From Mobula hypostoma (taxonomy: Eukaryota), in assembly GCF_963921235.1 (NCBI RefSeq), contig NC_086097.1, forward strand, positions 22,322,001 through 22,386,000: a DNA stretch of 64,000 nt, in the 5' to 3' direction. Positions 10,927 to 22,578 of the stretch are shown here, one piece after another; the stretch's first letter is position 1; each line of letters begins with the position of its first letter. The notes below the pieces were generated by a model. The model made no database searches. It was not told where the DNA came from and saw nothing but the letters and a program-made list of their open reading frames with translations. Made by a program: the position numbers and the translations under genes.

Positions 10927-12735
10927 ATGCAGCAGGCCAGGCAGCATCTATAGGAAGATGTACAGTCGATGTTTTGGGCCGAGACCCTTTGTCAGGACTA
11001 ACTGAAAGAAGAGTGAGTAAGAGATTTGAAATTGGGAGGAGGAGGGGGAGATCCAAAATGATAAGAGAAGACAGGAGGGGAGGGGGTAGATCTAAGAGCT
11101 AGAAAGTTGATTGGCAAAAAAGATACCAGGCTGGAGAAGGGAGAGGATCATGGGATGAGAAGCCTGGGGAGAGAGAGAAGGGGAGGGGTTTGGAACATAG
11201 ATTGTTCCACAAGGCCAACAAACCCATACAGGTGTCCATGGCTACACCTTTAGTTTGGAGGAAGTGGGAGGAGCCAAAAGAGAAATTATTAAGAGTAAGG
11301 ACTAATTCTGCTAGACAGAGCAGAGTGGTGGTAGAGGGGAACCGGTTAGGTCTGGAATCCAAAAAGAAGTGGAGAGCTTTGAGATCTTCCTGGTGGGGGA
11401 TGGAGGTATATAGAGACTGAACATTCATGGTGAAAACAAAGCGGTGGGGGCCAGGGAACTTAAAATCATTGAAAAGATTCAGAGCGTCACAAACATAGGT
11501 GGGAAGGGATTGAACAAGGGGGGATAAAACAGTGTTGAGATATGCAGAAATAAGTTTGGTGGGGCAGGAGCAAGCTGAGACAATAGGTCTACCAGGACAG
11601 GCAGGTTTGTGGATCTTGGGTAGGAGGTAGAAACGGGAAGTGCGGGTTGTGGGAACTATAAGGTTGGTAGCAGTGGATGGGAGATCCCCTGAGCGGATAA
11701 AGTCGGTGATGGTGTGGGAGACAATGGCCTGGTGCTCCTTAGTGGAGTCATGATCGAGAGGTAGATAAGAGGAGGTATCTGTGAGTTGACACTGCGCCTC
11801 GGCAAGGTAGAGGTCAGTACGCCAGACTACAACAGCACCCCCCTTATCGGCGGGTTTAATAATAAGGTTAGGATTAGTGCAGAGGGAGTGGAGAGCAGAG
11901 CATTCGGAAGGAGTGAGGTTGGAATGGGAACAAGGTGTGGTGAAGTCGAGACAGTTGATGTCCCGTCGGCAGTTAGCAATAAAGAGATCCAGAGCAGGCA
12001 GAACACCAGAGCGGGGTGTCTATGAAGAGGAGGAGGGTTGAAGATGGGAGAAGGGGTCATTGGTGGGGGTGGGAGAGTCCTTGCCGAAGAAGTGGGCTCG
12101 AAGACGGAGCCGGCGGAAGAAGAGTTCAGCGTCATGGTGTACATGGAACTTGCTGAGGTGTGGGCGAAGGGGGACAAAGGTAAGGCCCTTACTGAGAACA
12201 GAGCGTTCTGCCTCAGAGAGTGGAAGGTCGGAGGGGATAGTGAAGACCCAGCTTGGATGAAAGCTGGGATCAAAAGGGGGAGGGGGAGGGGGAGGGGGGG
12301 GGGGAGAGGGAGGGAGGCAGGTAGTGTCAGTGGAGGGAGAGGGTTGGGGTGAGAGGAAGATAGAGCCTCCCCTCTCCACTAACACTACCAGTCTCCCGCC
12401 CCCCCCCCCCCCCCCCTTCTCTTTCTCCCCAGGCCTCCCATCCCATGATCCTCTCCCTTCTCCAGCCTGGAATCCCTTTTGCCAATCAACTTTCCAGCTC
12501 TTAGATCCACCCCTCCCCTTCTGTCTTCTCCTATCATTTCAGATCTCCCCCTCCCCCTCCCCCTCCCACTTTCAAATCTCTTACTATCTCTTCTTTCAGT
12601 TAGTCCTGACGAAGGGTCCTGGCCCGAAACATCGACTGTACCTCTTTGTATAGATGCTGCCTGGCCTGCTGCGTTCACCAGCACTTTTTGTGTGTGTTGC
12701 TTGAATTTCCAGCATCAGCCGATTTCCTCGTGTCG
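10927..12735 (-). mobile_element. Internally deleted Penelope-like retroelement with inverted pseudo-LTRs
   Basis: Minus-strand PLE motifs LSEAERSVLSKGLTFVP, KPADKG and VQSLYTSIPH..NNFSF..GVAM. A - strand pLTR (10927-11190) and a + strand pLTR (12400-12735). 14-bp TSD GTGAATGCAAATGA (10913-10926) / GTGAGTGCAAATGA (12736-12749). Confidence 0.9.
12601..12638 (+). ncRNA. Minimal hammerhead ribozyme motif (core intact, helix III palindrome broken)
   Basis: TAGTC CTGACGA AGGGTCCTGGCCC GAA ACAT C GACTG. Confidence 0.6.
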
Positions 12736-13154
12736 GTGAGTGCAAATGATGCTTTTCACTATATGTTTCGATGTACACGTGATAAATAACTCTGAATCTG
12801 GTCTCTCCTAGCCTATATCTACATTGACCTTGCTTCTTCTTCCAGCTCTGCTGTAGAAACTGACACCCCCTCACTCTTACCCCATTTCTGAGGATCATTG
12901 ACACAAACGGTCAACTTGTTTCTCTGGCCTCAACTGCTGCTTGACTTGCTGAGTTCCCCTGGCATTTATAACTCTGTATTTTCAGCTTTATAACAATATG
13001 TCCAAGCGGTTTTTAACCGTGAAGACAGACTCTGTTTCTAACACCTTTCCATACAATGAATTAATGGGTTTCTTCATCCTCTGGGCGAAATTCTGATCCT
13101 CATCCTCCCATTAAAATTACTATCAACCACCTTAAATATTTAGTCCTTCTAATT

Positions 13155-14035
13155 CCCTGGAGCACAGAAGACTGAGAGATGATCTTATAGTGGGAAGTGC
13201 AGGCCGGCTTTTTTCTACTCAGTTTGGATGAGACCAGAACTAGAGGTCATAGGGTTAGGGTGAAAGGTGAACTATTTAAGAGGAAGTTGTGGGGGGGGGG
13301 ATCTTCTTCATTCAGAGGGTGGTGTGAGTGTGGAATGAGCTCCCAGTGGAAGTGGGTTCAGTTTTAACATTTTTTAAGAGAAGTTTGTATATGGATATGA
13401 ATGAGAGGGGTATGGATAAGGTTGCCAACTTTCTTACTCCCAAATAAGGGACAAAAGTAGCAGTCAAATACGGGACATTCGTGTTTACCCCAAGAAAGAC
13501 TACCATGACCATGAAGCCTTGCGCGGGCACCTGTGTGTGTATACGTGTACGTGTCGATTTTTTTTTCTACAAATCGGTTTTGGCAATTCTGTTCAGTGAA
13601 ACTACACTGAACGTACATTATTTCTACTTTACATAGGCTGTGTATTTATCATATCATTCCTGCTTTTACTATATGTTAGTGTTATTTTAGGTTTAAAGTG
13701 TTATTTGGTATGATTTGGTAGGTTATTTTTTGGGTCTGGGAAAGCTCAAAAATTTTTCCCATATAAATTAATGGTAATTGCTTCTTCGCTTTACGCCATT
13801 TCAGCACGAAAGCTTTCATAGGAACACTCTACCTTAGCAGGGGAAATACGGGACAAGGGTGGTCCGGTATGGGACAAACCAATTTAGCCCAATATATGGG
13901 ATGTCCCGGCTAATATGGGACAATTGGCAACCCGAGGTATGGAGGGCTTTGACCCAGGCACATGTAGATAGGATTAGACAGGAAACCATGTCCACACAGA
14001 CAAGACAGGCCAGAGGGCCTGTTTCTGTGCTGTAA
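13155..14035 (+). mobile_element. CR1 3' fragment hosting a hAT MITE
   Basis: ETRTRGH and QRVV.VWNELP motifs; CR1 tail GGGCCTGTTTCTGTGCTGTA. Confidence 0.75.
13417..13935. mobile_element. hAT (Blackjack/Tip100-type) non-autonomous DNA transposon, 519 bp
   Basis: TIRs TAAGGTTGCCAACT / AATTGGCAACCCGA; perfect 8-bp TSD GGTATGGA (13409-13416 / 13936-13943); repeated subterminal GGGACA motifs. Confidence 0.9.
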
Positions 14036-14400
14036 TGCTCGATGATTATTGTGTCTTTTTATGCATCTTGCTGTGAGATCCTCATCTCTATTAATAGAAG
14101 AAAAGATTTGCATCTCATTAGCACCTTGCACATCCTCAGGATATCCCACAGTGCTTAATGTCCAATGTGGTACATCTGTCGTGAAGTCACTGCTACAATA
14201 TTGAAAACAAAATGCCTTTGAGAAACCCCTCCGTGCACTCTCAGAGACAGGCATTATACTGTACCCACAGGAGGGAAGACAGAGTTACTCTGTTTACGTT
14301 GGCGGACGCTTTTAGACAGAGAAGGCTGGTCTCCACACAGTTAATTAGAAAACTACAGTATATCTATTGAAATTAATAGCCAATTAGTACATGGATAGGA

Positions 14401-14594
14401 TACAGAGATGCTTGAAATCTTGAGCAACACTCATGCAACAGTTAGCATCTATGGAGGGAAATAAACAGTCAACATTTTGGGCCACGACTCCATCAGGAAT
14501 GCAAGGACCCTTCCTGATGAAGAGTCTCAGCCTAAAATGTCGACTGTTTATTTCTCCTCACGGAAGCTGCCTGACCTGCTGAGCTCCTCCAGCA
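14401..14594. mobile_element. Old inverted pair of Penelope tail arms
   Basis: Decayed - strand hammerhead (14466-14497) back to back with a decayed + strand hammerhead (14513-14546). Confidence 0.7.
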
Positions 14595-15446
14595 ATCTGC
14601 ACATAGTACAGTGCCGGGGATGATTATTCTATGTGCTATCAATGAAATTATCCATTTCACTTTTAATGGGATGAAATAATGAGTTTTGATAAACCTGCTG
14701 TAGAGAAGCAAGAATAGTCTTAAGTGCTTCTCTAACCTGCTCAAGAGACGTATTTTTGGACAGACTTCTGATGAAGTTGGTCCTAAATGTTAAATAGTGA
14801 GTGACATTCAATTTTTGGTCTCTAATGTCCTACAATGTCTCTTCGTTACTCCACCTGCAATTAATCAATAGAAGGTTTATCTTATTTATCCAGTCTGAGG
14901 ACATTAATGAAAATGATGAGATCATGTTGTGTGGCCTCCTAAACTAATTTGCTATCTGCACAGAACTCAACTAATCGCACACCCCAATTACTAGTCGCTG
15001 ATAGCTGTCCAAATGAAAAACTTGCGAGGAGCTTAAAGCTCACTGTCTAATTTTGGACCGATATGACCTTGAATAGGACGGTGTTTGTCAATTTACCTTG
15101 AAAATTAAATCTAACTTACTTCAAAATCCAATAAGCTTAATATGTCACCAGAGTTTTGGGATGTTTAGTTGCAAAAAGCCTTTGTCCATAGTGTCTTTAC
15201 AGTGACTGTGGTACATTCAGAAGCAAGTGATTGTTGGGGAAGCACCATTGGTATTTTGTATATCCATTCATAGAATGTTTACGTTAGGATCAGAGCTGGC
15301 ATCTATTGTCTATCATTAATTGCACCTCGAACTAAACATCTCACTAGAGCGTAGAAAAGATTCAGCTACATTGATGGGTCAGGAGTCACATATAGGCCAG
15401 AACTATATGTTCTTTATGACAATCCAGTAACCTAATGCTCACCATT

Positions 15447-16071
15447 ATAGAAACATAGAAACATAGAAAATAGGTGCAGGAGTAGGCCATTCGGCCCTTC
15501 GACCCTGCACCGCCATTTATTATGATCATGGCTGATCATCCAACTCAGAACCCCGCCCCAGCCTTCCCTCCATACCCCCTGACCCCCGTAGCCACAAGGG
15601 CCATATTTAACTCCCTCTTAAATATAGCCAATGAACTGGCCTCAACAGTTTCCTGTGGCAGAGAATTCCACAGATTCACCACTCTCTGTGTGAAGAAGTT
15701 TTTCCTAATCTCGGTCCTAAAAGGCTTCCCCTCTATCCTCAAACTGTGACCCCTCGTTCTGGACTTCCCCAACATCGGGAACAATCTTCCTGCATCTAGC
15801 CTGTCCAATCCCTTTAGGATCTTATACGTTTCAATCAGATTCCCCCTCAATCTTCTAAATTCCAACGAGTACAAGCCCAATTCATCCAGTCTTTCTTCAT
15901 ATGAAAGTCCTGTCATCCCAGGAATCAATCTGGTGAACCTTCTTTGTACTCCCTCTATGGCAAAGACGTCTTTCCTCAGATTAGGGGACCAAAACTGCAC
16001 ACAATACTCCAGGTGTGGTCTCACCAAGGCCTTGTACAACTGCAGTAGTACGTCCCTGCTCCTGTACTCGA
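15447..16071 (-). mobile_element. Relatively young CR1 3' fragment
   Basis: Uninterrupted 164-aa ORF 15545-16039 (YKALVRPHLEYCVQFWSP..RTRGHSLRI..FFTQRVVNLWNSLP); (ATAGAAAC)n tail. Confidence 0.92.
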
Positions 16072-16087
16072 ATTATTGAGTCCATAC

Positions 16088-16565
16088 GATCATAAGACAA
16101 AGGAGCAGAATTAGGCCATTTGGCCCATTGAGTTTTCTGAGCCATTTGATCATGGCTGATTTATTTTCCCTCTCAACCCCATTCTCCTGCCTTCTCCCCG
16201 TAATCTTTGACACCCTGACTAATCAGGAATCTATCAACCTCCACTGTAAGTATACCCAATGTCTTGGCCTCCACAGCTGTTTGTGCCAGTGACTTCAACA
16301 GATTTGCCACCCTCTGGCTAAAGAAATTCCCCAGTCATCTCTGTTCTAAAGAAACATCTTTCTATTTTTGAGTCTGTGCCCTCTGGTCCTAGACTCTCCC
16401 ACAATTGGAATCTCCCTCTGTAGGTCCAGTCTATCTAGGCTTTTCAACATTTAGTAGGTTTCAGTGAGATTCCCCTCCTCACTCTTCTAAACTCCAGTGA
16501 GTACAGGCCCGGAGCTATCGAATGCCTGTTGTACATTAACCCTTTCATTCCTGGGAGTCATTCTT
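16088..16565 (-). mobile_element. Older CR1 3' fragment
   Basis: Parallel to the preceding copy but more decayed. Confidence 0.75.
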
Positions 16566-16889
16566 ATGAAGTTGTACAAATAAAGAAGATAGGGTTGGGG
16601 ATATTGTCTGTGTGGATATCAGCAAATCATTTGTCAAGATTCTTTAAGATAGACCACTTATTTTGAGATGTTGACCTCTGGTTCTAAACATCCCTACTGG
16701 GGGAAACATTACCTGAGCCTTATTTCTGAAGCCTTATAACATAAAACATAGTACATTACAGCACAGTACAGTACAGGCCCTTTCATCCACAATGTTGTGC
16801 CAACCTCTTCAGTTAGTCTAAGATCAATCTAACCCTTCCCTGAGACCTAGCCCTTCAATATTCTATCATCCATGAGTTAAGGTAGACTA

Positions 16890-17602
16890 AATCACATTGA
16901 TCCATGGTGAATTGGTAAGGTGGGTACAGAATCACAAATATGTTTAATATCACAGATACATGTCGTGAAATTTGTAGTTCTGTGACAACAGTTCAGTGCT
17001 TTGAAACGGGGCAGTGGTGGAGGGGTGTTGGATTGGTGGTCTCTGATCAGTGGTGTTCTGCAAGCGTCGTTGCAGGCAACACAATTTGTGATCATTATAA
17101 ACGATCTGGATGAAAATGTAGATAGTCTGTTTAGTAAGTTTGTAGATGAGCAAAGAAATGGCAGATGGAATACAGTGTCGGGAAGTGTATGGTCATGCAA
17201 TTTGGTTGAAGAATTAAAAGCATAGACTATTTTCTAACTGGAGAAGAAAATTCAAAAATCTGAGGTGCGAAGGAACTTGGGAGTCCTTGTGCAGGATATA
17301 AGACCAGAGGACACAGCCTCAGAATTGAGGAACATCCCTTTAAAACAGAGATGAGGAAGCGTTCATTAGCCAGAGAGTGGTGAATCTATGGAATTCGTTA
17401 CCACAGGTGGCTGTGAAGGCCAAGTCATTGGGTATAATTAAGGCAGATGTTGATAGATTCTTGTTTAGTTAGGGCACGAAGAGAAACAGGAGAAAGGCAG
17501 GAGATTGGGCGAGAGGGAATATTGATCAACTGTGATAAAGTGGCAGAGCAGACTTGATGGGCCAAATGTCTTAATTCTGTCCCTATATCTTATGGTCTTA
17601 TG
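16890..17602 (+). mobile_element. CR1 RT/3' fragments with internal deletions
   Basis: SGVLQAS..IINDLDENVDSLFSKFVD motif and CR1 tail. Confidence 0.75.
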
Positions 17603-18574
17603 ACATGAACATTGATCGATACATGGGCAGCAAAGAAGATCTTCAAAGAACCTTTGAAGGATATACAGCCGATCAGTTGGAGATTCAGGCCTGAAAAATG
17701 GCAGCTAGAGATTGATCTGTACAGGTGTGAAGTCCGGATGAAGGGCCTCAATCCAAATTATCAGAATTCGGAGTTCTCACAACAACTGCGGCAATCAAGC
17801 TCCCAAAGACGGCAACAATCACGTGAAGACTAAGAATCACGAGTCCTGAAATCTTTGCAGAAATCTTTGAAACTTAGGCTACTATTTAGTATTTGATGTG
17901 GTTTACATGTGTTTTCTATTTTGTGATAATAAATTAGGTTTAAGTTAATTTGTTGTTTTTGTGCACTTTGTTATGTTTGTTCTTTAACAAAGACAAACTT
18001 GTGTGGGTAAAGGCGCTAGAACTATTTTATTATCTGCAGATTTACAGAATGGCTTCAGCTCGACCCCAGTTTACTTGGGAACTTCAGCTCGTCAAGAGCG
18101 TGTGTGAGAGTGCATGACCTGTTCACCAATGTCACTTCCGGTTCCGGGTGAACCACCCGCTTAGCACACCGGGAACTGAAATTCTTTATTAAGTACACAC
18201 ATAATAACACATGCTTTATTGCCACATTTCCTGGGCACTTGAGTTGTTTGGGTCTGATCAACCCAGTCCACTACACCTGGTTCTGAAGTTTTGTGCAAAA
18301 GCATGTCAAGTTCTTTATTTTCAAGCACCCTCTTCAAAGATGTGCAGTCTCGCACGTGGTGAGGTAACCACTTGTACTCTGTAAACGCTTCTCGCAGTGA
18401 GGTAGGTAGGTAAAGTTCTGCTTTTGAAATCTGATTCTGCTGAGGTCCACGGAGTTTCAGAAAAAAACTTCAAGGGGCATATATTACTAGAACAGAGCAT
18501 GGAGCAGCACAACTTCACCCTTGTTCTTCACCATTAAAATGTATCACCTAAGGCCTGCTTTCAGCTCTTCAGAG

Positions 18575-19050
18575 AGTCATAGAGTCATAGAGTCACAGAG
18601 CTCTGCAGCACTGAATCAGGCCCATGGGTCAGCTAGTCTACACCAGCCTGATTTCCTGCTTAGTCCCATCTCCCTGCACCCAGACCATATCTCTCCAAGC
18701 AACTTTCCCTCCATGTACCGACACAAACTTCTCTTAAATATTACAGCTGAACCTGCATCCACTGCTGGCAATTCACACCACCCTCTGAGTGAAGAAGATG
18801 CCCCTCAGATTACTCTGGTAAAGTAGTTCACCTTTCACCCTAAACCTATGAACTCTAGTTCTAGTCTCACACAACCTGAGGGTAAAAAGCTTGTAAGTAT
18901 ACAGCTTATCTATATCCTTACTGATTTTGTATACCTCAATAACATCGTGCCCTCATTCTCTTGTGCTCCAGGAAATAATGTCTTAATCGATTCAGCCTTT
19001 TCCTATAGCCCAGGTCCTCAAGTCCTGGCAACAGCCTTGTAAATTTTCTG
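18575..19050 (-). mobile_element. CR1 3' fragment
   Basis: RKFTRLLPGLEDLGYRKRLNRL; (AGAGTCAT)n tail. Confidence 0.8.
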
Positions 19051-19459
19051 TGGACGTGTGAGGAAGGAAGTAAATCTATAATTTTCTTTTTCTGTTTTTG
19101 AGATGCTTTCGCATTCGTGTTTTGGTAGCAGCACCCAATCACATCCCAAATCACTTCAAATGTAATGGAGTTCATCCAAAGTGTTGCTGCTGTGTAAATG
19201 GACTGTAACTTGCCTTAAAGCTATGGAACAAGATCACAACTTACTCCCTCGAGTTGAGGCTTTAAGTCTCAGGGTAAGGCCGCTGAATCAGAGTCAGAAG
19301 CAGGTTTATTGCCACTAGCGGCACAGTGGTGAAATGATTAGCGTTGTTACAGCAACACACACAAAATGCTGGAGGAACTCAGTAGGTCAGACAACATCTA
19401 TGGAAATGAATTAACTGTCAACGTTCTTCAGAACTGAGAAGGAAGGGGGAAGTACTATA

Positions 19460-19771
19460 CAAGGGGTGATTGATAAATTCGTGGTCTAAGGTAGAAGGAG
19501 TCAATTTTAGAAAACGTAGCACATTTATTTTTCAACATAGACCCCTCCTATATTTACATACTTAGTCCAGCGGTCGTGGAGCATACAGATCCCTTCTTTG
19601 TAGAAGTCAGAGTCTTGGACGTCCAGAAAGTGGTTCACAGCAGGGGTGATTGATAGGTTCGTGGCCTAAGGTAGAAGGAGATGAGTTATACAGTTCTCGT
19701 TACATGCACGCTCAGTTCAACTCTTTGAGTAATTATGCAGAAAGTTTGAAGTTAATAACTCATCTCCTTCT
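19460..19771. mobile_element. Mariner-like DNA transposon remnant
   Basis: TA followed by CAAGGGGTGATTGATAAATTCGTGGTCTAAGGTAGAAGGAG. The terminus is repeated at ~19641, with inverted repeat AGAAGGAGATGAGTTA / TAACTCATCTCCTTCT (19673-19771). Confidence 0.65.
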
Positions 19772-19772
19772 T

Positions 19773-21812
19773 TAATGAATACTTTGATTCAGTATTCACT
19801 ATGGAAAAGGATCTTGGCGATTGTAGAGATGACTTACAGAAGACTGAAAAGCTTGAGCATGTACACATTAAGAAAGAGGACATGCTGGAGCTTTTGGAAA
19901 GCATCAAGTTGGATAGACAGATATACTTTATTGATCCCTAGGGAAATTGAGTTTCGTTACAGCTGCACCAACCTAGAACAGAGCATAAATATAGCAATTC
20001 AAAACCACAAACAATCAAACAACAATATGCAAACTATGCCAGATGGAAATAAGTCCAGGACTAGCCTATTGGCTCAGGGTGTCTGACCCTCCACAGGAGG
20101 AGCTGCAAAGTTCGATGGCCATAGGCAGGAACAACCTCCCATGACGCCCAGTGTTGTATCTCGGTGGAATATGGCTGGAGTCCAACAGCAAAAAGTTCAA
20201 TATCCGTGCTACAAACACGTTCCTTGATCGTAATATGACCAGGATTGCTTAACCAGATAAGTCACCAGGACCGGATGAGATGTACCCCAGGCTACCGTGG
20301 GAGACAAGGGAGGAGATTGCTAAGCCTTTGGCAATGATCTTTGCATCATCAATGGGGATGGGAGAGGTTCCAGAGGATTGGAGGGAAGCAGGTGTTGTTC
20401 CCTTATTCAAGACAGGGAGTAGGGATAGCCCAGGAAATTATAGACCTGTGAGTCTTATTTCAGTGGTTGGTAAATTAATGGAGAAAATCCTGAGAAGCAG
20501 GATTTATGAACATTTGGAGAGGCATAATATGATTAGAAATAGTCAGCATGGCTTTGTCAAAGGCAGGTCGTGCCTTACGAGCCTGATAGAATTTTTTGAA
20601 AATGTGACTAAAACACATTGATGAAGATAGAGCAGTAGTTGTAGTGTATATGGATTTCAACAAGGCACTTGACAAGGTATCCCATGCAAAGCTTATTGAG
20701 AAAGTAAGGAGGCATGGGAGGATCCAGAACTGGCTTGCCCACAGAAGGCAAAGAGTGGTCGTAGACGGGTCATATTCTGCATGGAGGTTGGTGACCAGTG
20801 GTGTGCCTCAGGGGTCTGTTCTGGGACCCCTTCTCTTTGTGATTTTTATAAATGACCTGAAGTAGGAAGTGGAGGGATGGGTTAGTAAATTTGCTGATGA
20901 CACAAAGGTTGGGAGTATCATGGATAGTGTGGAGGGATGTCAGAGGTTACAGCGGTACATCAATAGGATGCAAAACTGGGCTGAGAAGTGGCAGATGGAG
21001 TTCAACCTAGATAAGTGTGAGGTGGTTCATTTTGGTAGGTCAAATATGATGGTAGAATATAGTATTAATGCTAAGAGTCTTGGCAGTGTGGAGGATCAGA
21101 GGGATCTTGGGGTCCGAGTCCATAGGACGCTCAAAGCTGCTGCACAGATTGACTGTGTGGTTAAGAAGGCATACAGTGCATTGGCCTTCATCAACCGTGG
21201 GATTGAGTTCAAGAGCCGAGAGCTAATATTACAGCTATAGAGGACCCTGTCAGACCCCACTTGGAGTACTGTGCTCATTTCTGGTCACCTCACTGCTGGA
21301 AAGATGTGGAAACTATAGAAAGGGTGCAGAGGAGATTTACAAGGATGTTGCCTAGATTGGGGAGCATGCCGTATGAGAATAGGTTGAGTGAACTTGGCCT
21401 TTTCTCCTTGGAGCAATGGAGGATGAGAGGTGACCAGATAGAGGTGTATAAGATGATGAGAGGCATTGATTGTGTGGACAGTCAGAGGCTTTTTCCCAGG
21501 GCTGAAATGGTTAGCATGAGAGGGCATAGTTTTAAGGTGCTTGGAAGTAGGTACAGAGGGGATGTCAGGGGTAAATTTTTTATGCAGAGAGTGATGAGTG
21601 CGTGGAATGGGCTGCTGGCGGCGGTGGTGGAGGCGGAAACAATAGGGTCTTTTAAGAGACTCCTGGACAGGTACGTGGAGCTTAGAAATACAGAGGGCTA
21701 TGGGTAACCCTAGGTAATTTCTAAAGTTAGTACATGTTTGGCACAGCACTGTGGGCCGAAGGGCCTGTATTGTGCTGTAGGATTTTTCTCTACTTTCTAT
21801 GTTTCTATGTTT
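19773..21812 (+). mobile_element. CR1 LINE ORF2 (RT) about 2 kb, with nested antisense Rex tail at 19912-20254
   Basis: [41 protein letters not shown] and KFADDTK motifs, with stops and frameshifts. Confidence 0.92.
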
Positions 21813-22578
21813 TTTTTTCCTTCAGGCTCCTGTAGCTCCTCCCTAATGGTAGTAATGAATATTAATCAGTTAAACCAAGTGATTCATTAAATCAGTTGAA
21901 ACAGTATATGTTCATAATGCTGGACAAACAAGGCAAGGTGCAAGCACCAAAGCTAAAAAAATGTGGAAATTAAATTGTAATAGGCTACCTTCTCTCTGAC
22001 ACACACATGTCGGAACCATTTACACCTTAGAAATATACCTGGTTATGATTTGAATGGCGAATAATTAATTATTTTGATAAGTAAAGAAGATTCCCTACAA
22101 GACTGCCATCTAGTGCTGCTCACCAACCAATAACGTGCTCTTTGAATTCTAAGAGCAACCATTGGCGCAGACCCTGCCGCAGGCTTGATCCAGACCCAGA
22201 CCCAGACCCAACGACAGCATAGCCCAACATTAATGAGACCATCTGAACAACAAGTAGCATTCAGTTTGGTTTAGCACCCACGAGCCTAAGAAAAGCCAAG
22301 GTCAACATCAAAGACTTGTAGTTGGTGCCATGTCTAATGTAAGAAAACATAGTTTTGTTGCCTGGAAGTCTTTCATCACTGCAGAGACACCACTCTGACA
22401 GAAGTGCCTTCACCTCACCATCAACATACGGATTCACTTTACAGGGCTCTACAAATTACGTTCTCAGCATCTATCTATCTATTTATTTATTAGCATGGTT
22501 TATCTTCTTTTGTACATTGGTAGTTTGTCAGTCTTTGTGTGTAGTTCTTCACTGATTCTATTGTATTTCTTTGTATTT

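Noticed and set aside
14690..14800. Possible exon on either strand (- TNFIRSLSKNTSLEQVREALKTILASLQQ; + EARIVLSASLTCSRDVFLDRLLMKLVLNVK with GTGAGT donor)
   Set aside because: Both strands are equally plausible, the splice signals are weak, and neither could be linked in phase to the other candidate exons; needs RNA data.
17740..17850. Minus-strand hydrophobic stretch GLVILSLHVIVAVFGSLIAAVVVR as a transmembrane exon
   Set aside because: Short, bounded by stops and with a poor acceptor; could arise by chance.
18161..18470. About 100-codon open frame on the - strand (..SLREAFTEYKWLPHHVRDCTSLKRVLENKEL..)
   Set aside because: No convincing splice sites, no upstream ATG, and no recognisable domain.
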